In this document: piece after piece, positions 57,760 to 64,000 of the stretch
How positions within the stretch are numbered: position 1 is the stretch's first letter
How the letters are laid out: each line of letters starts with the position of its first letter
NCBI GenBank assembly: GCA_964016885.1
Contig: OZ024741.1
Location: 48,918,001-48,982,000 of the forward strand
Source of the DNA: Eledone cirrhosa
Lineage: Eukaryota
Length of the DNA: 64,000 bases
Direction of reading: 5' to 3'
Translations under genes and position numbers: made by a program
The notes under the pieces: generated by a model
Told to the model about the DNA's origin: nothing
The model's input: only the letters and a program-made list of their open reading frames with translations
Database searches by the model: none

Positions 57760-60700
57760 CGATAATGTGGAGTTACTTTACCAGTAGTAACTAGTCTATA
57801 CTAGATCTATTACTGTGATAATGTGGAGTTACTGTACCAGTAGTAACTAGTCTATACTAGATCTATTACTGTGATAATGTGGAGTTACTATACCATTAGA
57901 AACTAGTTTATACTAGATCTATTACTGTGATAATGTGGAGTTACACTACCAGTAGTAACTAGTCTATACTAGATCTATTACTGTGATAATGGGGAGTTAC
58001 TATACCAATAGAAACTAGTCTATACTAGATCTATTACTGTGATAATGTGGAGTTACTATACCAGTAGAAACTAGTTTATACTAGATCTATTACTGTGATA
58101 ATGGGGAGTTACTATACCAGTAGTAACTAGTCTATAATAGATCTATTACTGTGATAATGGGGTGTTACTATACTAGTAGTAACTAGTCTCTACTAGATCT
58201 ATTACTGTGATAATGGGGAGTTACTATACCAGTAGTAACTAGTTTATACTAGATCTATTACTGTGATAATGTGGAGTTACTATACCAGTAGAAACTAGTC
58301 TATACTAGATCTATTACTGTGATAATGGGGAGTTACTATACCAGTAGTAACTAGTCTAAACTAGATCTATTACTGTGATAATGTCGAGTTACTGTACCAG
58401 TAGTAACTAGTCTATACTAGATCTATTACTGTGATAATGTGGAGTTACTATACCAGTAGAAACTAGTCTATACTAGATCTATTACTGTGATAATGTGGAG
58501 TTACTATACCATTAGAAACTAGTTTATAATAGATCTATTACTGCGATAATGTGGAGTTACTTTACCAGTAGTAACTAGTCTATACTAGATCTATTACTGT
58601 GATAATGTGGAGTTACTGTACCAGTAGTAACTAGTCTATACTAGATCTATTACTGTGATAATGTGGAGTTACTATACCATTAGAAACTAGTTTATACTAG
58701 ATCTATTACTGTGATAATGTGGAGTTACACTACCAGTAGTAACTAGTCTATACTAGATCTATTACTGTGATAATGGGGAGTTACTATACCAATAGAAACT
58801 AGTCTATACTAGATCTATTACTGTGATAATGTGGAGTTACTATACCAGTAGAAACTAGTTTATACTAGATCTATTACTGTGATAATGTGGAGTTACTATA
58901 CCAGTAGAAACTAGTCTATACTAGATCTATTACTGTGATAATGGGGAGTTACTATACCAGTAGTAACTAGTCTAAACTAGATCTATTACTGTGATAATGT
59001 CGAGTTACTGTACCAGTAGTAACTAGTCTATACTAGATCTATTACTGTGATAATGTGGAGTTACTATACCAGTAGAAACTAGTCTATACTAGATCTATTA
59101 CTGTGATAATGGGGAGTTACTATACCAGTAGTAACAAGTCTATACTAGATCTATTACTGTGATAATGGGGAGTTACTATACCAGTAGTAACTAGTCTATA
59201 ATAGATCTATTACTGTGATAATGGGGTGTTACAATACCAGTAGTAACTAGTCTATACTAGATCTATTACTGTGATAACGTGGAGTTACTATACCAGTAGT
59301 AACTAGTTTATACTAGATCTATTACTGTGATAATGTGGAGTTACTATACCAGTAGAAACTAGTGTATACTAGATCTATTACTGTGATAATGGGGAGTTAC
59401 TATACCAGTAGAAACTAGTCTAAACTAGATCTATTACTGTGATAATGGGGAGTTACTGTACCAGTAGTTACTAGTCTATACTAGATCTATTACTGTGATA
59501 ATATGGTGTTACACTACCAGTAGTAACTAGTCTATACTAGATCTATTACTGTGATAATGTGGAGTTACTATACCATTAGAAACTAGTTTATACTAGATCT
59601 ATTACTGTGATAATGTGGAGTTACTGGACCAGTGGTAACTAGTCTATACTAGATCTATTACTGTGATAATGTGGAGTTACTGTACCAGTAGTAACTAGTC
59701 TATACTAGATCTATTACTGTGATAATGTGGAGTTACTATACCATTAGAAACTAGTTTATAATAGATCTATTACTGCGATAATGTGGAGTTACTTTACCAG
59801 TAGTAACTAGTCTATACTAGATCTATTACTGTGATAATGTGGAGTTACTGTACCAGTAGTAACTAGTCTATACTAGATCTATTACTGTGATAATGTGGAG
59901 TTACTATACCATTAGAAACTAGTTTATACTAGATCTATTACTGTGATAATGTGGAGTTACACTACCAGTAGTAACTAGTCTATACTAGATCTATTACTGT
60001 GATAATGGGGAGTTACTATACCAATAGAAACTAGTCTATACTAGATCTATTACTGTGATAATGTGGAGTTACTATACCAGTAGAAACTAGTTTATACTAG
60101 ATCTATTACTGTGATAATGGGGAGTTACTATACCAGTAGTAACTAGTCTATAATAGATCTATTACTGTGATAATGGGGTGTTACTATACTAGTAGTAACT
60201 AGTCTCTACTAGATCTATTACTGTGATAATGGGGAGTTACTATACCAGTAGTAACTAGTTTATACTAGATCTATTACTGTGATAATGTGGAGTTACTATA
60301 CCAGTAGAAACTAGTCTATACTAGATCTATTACTGTGATAATGGGGAGTTACTATACCAGTAGTAACTAGTCTAAACTAGATCTATTACTGTGATAATGT
60401 CGAGTTACTGTACCAGTAGTAACTAGTCTATACTAGATCTATTACTGTGATAATGTGGAGTTACTATACCAGTAGAAACTAGTCTATACTAGATCTATTA
60501 CTGTGATAATGGGGAGTTACTATACCAGTAGTAACAAGTCTATACTAGATCTATTACTGTGATAATGGGGAGTTACTATACCAGTAGTAACTAGTCTATA
60601 ATAGATCTATTACTGTGATAATGGGGTGTTACAATACCAGTAGTAACTAGTCTATACTAGATCTATTACTGTGATAACGTGGAGTTACTATACCAGTAGT

Positions 60701-60840
60701 AACTAGTTTATACTAGATCTATTACTGTGATAATGTGGAGTTACTATACCAGTAGAAACTAGTGTATACTAGATCTATTACTGTGATAATGGGGAGTTAC
60801 TATACCAGTAGAAACTAGTCTAAACTAGATCTATTACTGT
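57760..60840. repeat. Overlapping block duplications with offsets of 36 monomers (2016 bp) and 25 monomers (1400 bp)
   Basis: AGTCTCTACT at 58185/60201. GGGGTGTTACAATACC at 59231/60631. AGTGTATACT at 59361/60761. Confidence 0.85.
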
Positions 60841-63800
60841 GATAATGTTGAATTACTGTACCAGTAGTAACTAGTCTATACTAGATCTATTACTGTGATA
60901 ATGTGGAGTTACTATACCAGTAGAAACTAGACTATACTAGATCTATTACTGTGATAATGGGGAGTTACTATACCAGTAGAAACTAGTCTATACTAGATCT
61001 ATTGCTGTGATAATGTGGAGTTACTGTACCAGTAGAAACTAGTTTATACTAGATCTATTACTGTGATAATGTGGAGTTACTATACCAGTAGAAACTAGTC
61101 TATACTAGATCTATTACTGTGATAATGTGGAGTTACTATACCAGTAGAAACTAGTTTATACTAGATCTATTACTGTGATAATGTGGAGTTACTATACCAG
61201 TAGTAACTAGTCAAAACTAGATCTATTACTGTGATAATGTCAAGTTAATATACCAGTAGAAACTAGTCTATACTGGATCTATTACTGTGTTAATGTGGCG
61301 TTACTATACTAGTAGTAACTAGTCTATACTAGATCTATTACTGTGATAATGTGGAGTTACTATACCAGTAGTAACTAGTCTATACTAGATCTATTACTGT
61401 GATAATGTGGAGTTACTGTACCAGTAGTAACTAGTCTATATTAGATCTACAAATGGGATAATGTGGAGTTACTATACCAGTAGTAACTAGTCTATACTAG
61501 ATCTATTACTGTGATAATGGGGTGTTACTATACCAGTAGTAACTAGTCTATACTAGATCTATTTCTGTGATAATGAAGAGTTACTATACCAGTAGTAACT
61601 AGTCTTAAGTAGATCTACTACTGTGATAATGTGGAGTTACTATACCAGTAGTAACTAGTCAATACTAGATCTATTACTGTGATAATGAAGAATTACTATA
61701 CCAGTAGTAACTAGTCTATACTAGATCTATTACTGTGATAATGTGGAGCTACTGTACCAGTAGTAACTAGTCTATACTAGATCTATTACTGTGATAATGT
61801 GGAGTTACTATACCAGTAGAAACTAGTCTATACTAGATCTACTTCTGTGATACTGTGGAGTTACTGTACCAGTAGTAACTAGTCTATACTAGATTTACAA
61901 CTGGGATAATGTGGAGTTACTATACCAGTAGTAACTAGTCTATTCTAGATCTATTACTGTGATAATGGGGAGTTACTATACCAGTAGAAACTAGTCTATA
62001 CTAGATCTATTACTGTGATAATATGGAGTTACACTACCAGTAGTAACTAGTCTTTAATAGATCTATTACTGTGATAATGGGGTGTTACTATACCAGTAGT
62101 AACTAGTCTATACTAGATCTATTACTGTGATAACGTGGAGTTACTATACCAGTAGTAACTAGTTTATACTAGATCTATTACTGTGATAATATGGAGTTAC
62201 ACTACCAGTAGTAACTAGTCTATACTAGATCTATTACTGTGATAATGGGGAGTTACTATACCAGTAGTAACTAGTCTATAATAGATCTTTTACTGTGATA
62301 ATGTGGAGTTACTGTACCAGTAGTAACTAGTCTATACTAGATCTATTACTGCGATAATGTGGAATTGCTATACCAGTAGTAACTAGTCTATACTAGATCT
62401 ATTACTGTGATAATGTGGAGTTACTATACCATTAGAAACTAGTCTATACTAGATCTATTACTGTGATAATGTGGAGTTACCATACCATTAGAAACTAGTT
62501 TATACTAGATCTATTACTGTGATAATGTGGAATTACACTACCAGTAGTAAACTAGTCTATACTAGATCTATTATTGTGATAATGTGGAGTTACTATACCA
62601 GTAGAAACTAGTCTATACTAGATCTATTACTGTGATAATGGGGAGTTACTATACCAGTAGTAACTAGTCTAAACTAGATCTATTACTGTGATAATGTCGA
62701 GTTACTGTACCAGTAGAAACTAGTTTATACTAGATCTATTACTGTCATAATGGGGTGTTACTATACCAGTAGTAACTAGTCTATAATAGATCTATTACTG
62801 TGATAATGTGGAGTTACTGTACCAGTAGTAACTAGTCTATACTAGATCTATTACTGCGATAACGTGGAGTTACTATACCAGTAGTAACTACTCTATACTA
62901 GATCTATTACAGTGATAATGGGGAGTTACTATACCAGTAGTAACTAGTCTATACTAGATCTATTACTGTGATAATGTGGAGTTACTATACCAGTAGTAAC
63001 AAGTCTATACTAGATCTATTACTGTGATAATGTGGAGTTACTATACCAGTAGTAACTAGTCTATAATAGATCTATTACTGTGATAATGGGGTGTTACTAT
63101 ACCAGTAGTAACTAGTCTATACTAGATCTATTACTGTGATAACGTGGAGTTACTATACCAGTAGTAACTAGTTTATACTAGATCTATTACTGTGATAATG
63201 TGGAGTTACTATACCAGTAGAAACTAGTCTATACTAGATCTATTACTGTGATAATGGGGAGTTACTATACCAGTAGTAACTAGTCTAAACTAGATCTATT
63301 ACTGTGATAATGTGGAGTTACTGTACCAGTAGTAAATAGTCTATACTAGATCTATTACTGTGATAATGTGGAGTTACTATACCATTAGAAACTAGTTTAT
63401 ACTAGATGTATTACTGCGATAATGTGGAGTTACTGTACCAGTAGTAACTAGTCTATACTAGATCTATTACTGTGATAATGTGGAGTTACTGTACCAGTAG
63501 TAACTAGTCTATACTAGATCTATTACTGTGATAATGTGGAGTTACTATACCAGTAGAAACTAGTTTATACTAGATCTATTACTGTGATAATGTGGAGTTA
63601 CTATACCATTAGAAACTAGTTTATACTAGATCTATTACTCTGATAATGTGGAGTTACACTACCAGTAGTAACTAGTCTATACTAGATCTATTACTGTGAT
63701 AATGTGGAGTTACTATACCAGTAGAAACTAGTCTATCCTAGATCTATTACTGTGATAATGGTGAGATACTATACCAGTAGAAACTAGTCTATACTAGATC

Positions 63801-64000
63801 TATTACTGTGATAATGTGGAGTTACTATACCAGTAGAAACTAGTTTATACTAGATCTATTACTGTGATAATGTGGAATTACTATACCAGTAGAAACTAGT
63901 ATATACTACATCTATTACTGTGATAATGTGGAGTTACACTACCAGTAGTATCTAGTCTATAATAGATCTATTACTGTGATAATGGGGAGTTACTATACCA

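Larger units (their letters stand above)
1..64000. repeat. Satellite DNA array of a 56-bp monomer (about 1143 head-to-tail copies, single orientation, extends beyond both window ends)
   Basis: ACTAGTCTAT recurs at 1, 57, 113 ... 841 (15x56+1). The last unit starts at 63951 (1142x56-1). Consensus is ACTAGTCTATACTAGATCTATTACTGTGATAATGTGGAGTTACTATACCAGTAGTA (A18 C8 G10 T20). Individual copies typically differ by 0-4 substitutions. I found no non-repeat insertion or inversion on reading through. Confidence 0.99.

Noticed and set aside
1-64000. Long repetitive protein-coding gene
   Set aside because: 56 is not a multiple of 3. Stops at monomer positions 3, 13, 27, 30, 52 and 55 close every + frame within about 20 codons, and the - strand is likewise rich in TAG/TAA.
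1-64000. CRISPR array or repeat-spacer system
   Set aside because: There are no unique spacers. The most variable part is only about 5 nt and its alleles are point variants of one consensus. There are no cas genes or leader.
1-64000. Synthetic concatemer or rolling-circle amplification artefact (SpeI and BglII sites in each unit)
   Set aside because: Inherited, linked variants shared between nested blocks, plus domain structure, indicate natural evolutionary history rather than random polymerase or sequencing error.
1-64000. Telomerase-type telomeric repeat or G-quadruplex array
   Set aside because: There is almost no G/C strand skew (G10 vs C8) and at most one GGGG run per 56 bp. Block-inherited substitutions are inconsistent with synthesis from a single RNA template.

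Overview
The whole 64 kb window is one uninterrupted head-to-tail tandem array (satellite DNA) of a 56-bp, 32% GC monomer, consensus ACTAGTCTATACTAGATCTATTACTGTGATAATGTGGAGTTACTATACCAGTAGTA. It holds 1142 complete copies plus a 50-bp partial copy, all in one orientation, and runs off both window ends. I see no CDS, RNA gene, mobile element, CRISPR array or unique sequence, and I do not recognise the satellite family or the organism. The interest lies in the array's internal structure. (i) The monomer is almost fully tiled by overlapping dyad symmetries, and variation concentrates in the one non-dyad linker (positions 34-38). (ii) Several recurrent variants perfect or extend the palindromes. 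(iii) Monomer length is very strictly kept, with only four 1-bp register shifts in 64 kb. (iv) There is no fixed higher-order repeat, but a nested patchwork of 7- to 154-monomer block duplications. (v) A four-substitution, CpG-bearing marker monomer recurs about 27 times. (vi) Two variant domains meet at about 38-40 kb, with a relic of the left domain at about 61.3-62 kb. All coordinates and offsets were obtained by eye from diagnostic variants, so block boundaries are approximate.
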